Assembly (NCBI GenBank): GCA_964016885.1
Contig: OZ024743.1
Span: 357,244,001 to 357,308,000, forward strand
Direction of reading: 5' to 3'
From: Eledone cirrhosa
Taxonomy: Eukaryota
Length of the DNA: 64,000 nt
Each line of letters starts with the position of its first letter. Position 1 is the stretch's first letter. Below the pieces are notes generated by a model that saw only the letters and a list, made by a program, of their open reading frames with translations, was not told the DNA's origin and did not search any database. Shown here in pieces: positions 62,839 to 64,000 of this stretch. The translations under genes and the position numbers were made by a program.

Positions 62839-63679
62839 ATTATAAATACAGATATCTATATTGACGTGTGATGGTGTATGTGTGTATGCATGCGTGTGTG
62901 TGTGTATGTTACTATTTACGTTGGTGTATGATTGTACATGAGTGTACATACATGTATAAATATATATGTATGTGTGTATATATGTATAAATATATAAATA
63001 AATATACATATGTGTATGGATGTATGTATATTTACATGCATATATATCTATGTATGTATGTATATATGTATATTATGACGATTCAATGTATGTTAATTTG
63101 CATACAAGAAGTGTGTGTATTACAATTAATATTATCATTATGATTATTAATATTATTATTATTATTATTATTATTACTATTATTATTATGCAAGGATATT
63201 CTTGTAATCTTTATTATCATTGATATATAAATATCTCCCCACCCCCTACTCATTCCAACACACCAGGAGTTCGCTATTTTTTCTCTCTCGTCTTCTTTCA
63301 TTGTTTTTTGTTTTTTTTTTTCCTCTCAAAATATTATAAAAAAATTCATTAAAATTGTTTCACTTTTTTTTCAAATTTCTTTCATGTTGTTTTTAAAAAA
63401 AGAAAAATATTTGTTGTTTACACATTGTTGTCTGCTTCTTGGCATTTGTGTATTTTAAAAATATCTTGTTAGTTTCAGTGATTGAACTACAGCCATGCTG
63501 GGGCACTGCCCTTCAAAGTTTTATTGTTGACCAGTGGACATCAATAATGGTAATAGTATTGAACTTATCAATTTTGGATTACCGGATATATGAACAAACA
63601 TACAAACTGGGAAATTTGGGTTTTGATAAATTAATGGCTCGCATAAGAGAAACTCTGGAGGATTTGGGCTTTCTCGTTT

Positions 63680-63849
63680 GTGGATTGGCAGTATCGGTAG
63701 AGGGTCGGACGCCATGCTTTCCAGCATAGTTACGTCCCTTTACGATCTGAGTTCAAATCCCGCCTTTCATCCTTACAGGGTCGATAAAATAAAGTACCAG
63801 TAATGCACTGGGTAATTGCTGGCCTTGTGCCTAAAGTAGAAACAATTAT
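63680..63849 (+). mobile_element. tRNA-derived SINE family 1 with a small internal deletion
   Basis: A/B boxes and family 1 body; lacks GAGGTTAACTTTGCC. Confidence 0.88.
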
Positions 63850-64000
63850 GTAACAAGAGTTTAGTCCCTAATACTGGTAGTCTATTGTTAGGGTGTTTGG
63901 GTCTATAGTTACTTTGATGCTCTGGTGTATGGAGTTAGCTATTTGCTGGGTGCTCTCCATGGTGTAAACTTCTAATTCGGGTTCATAGGTACTCTCTTGT

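Overview
Eukaryotic, AT-rich animal DNA. The repeat landscape suggests a mollusc, probably an octopus-like cephalopod (inference only). The one host gene is a teashirt/tiptop C2H2 zinc-finger transcription factor on the + strand, with a single large coding exon at 59440-62777. A CpG-retaining, promoter-like region at about 3.8-8.3 kb may hold its 5' end, in which case about 53 kb of the window is intron. That interval is a retroelement nest built on kilobase-scale (TA)n compound microsatellites. It holds 13 RTE-clade LINE copies or fragments: four families plus one older fragment, 12 of 13 antisense to the gene, one with an intact 1022-aa ORF, and with a PHD-like finger inside the RT region. 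It also holds one internally deleted Penelope-like element (RT + GIY-YIG), tRNA-derived SINEs and TTAA-flanked piggyBac-type MITEs. Two RNA-level signals stand out. (1) At least six minimal type-I hammerhead-ribozyme-like motifs sit in short TA-flanked non-coding inserts, two of them long palindromes. (2) Tandem GNRA-hairpin + H-type pseudoknot modules with compensatory changes are shared by LINE 3' UTRs, LINE 5' regions and SINEs. Most ORFs in the supplied track are microsatellite or antisense artefacts. All RNA structures were paired by eye and are not computed or tested.
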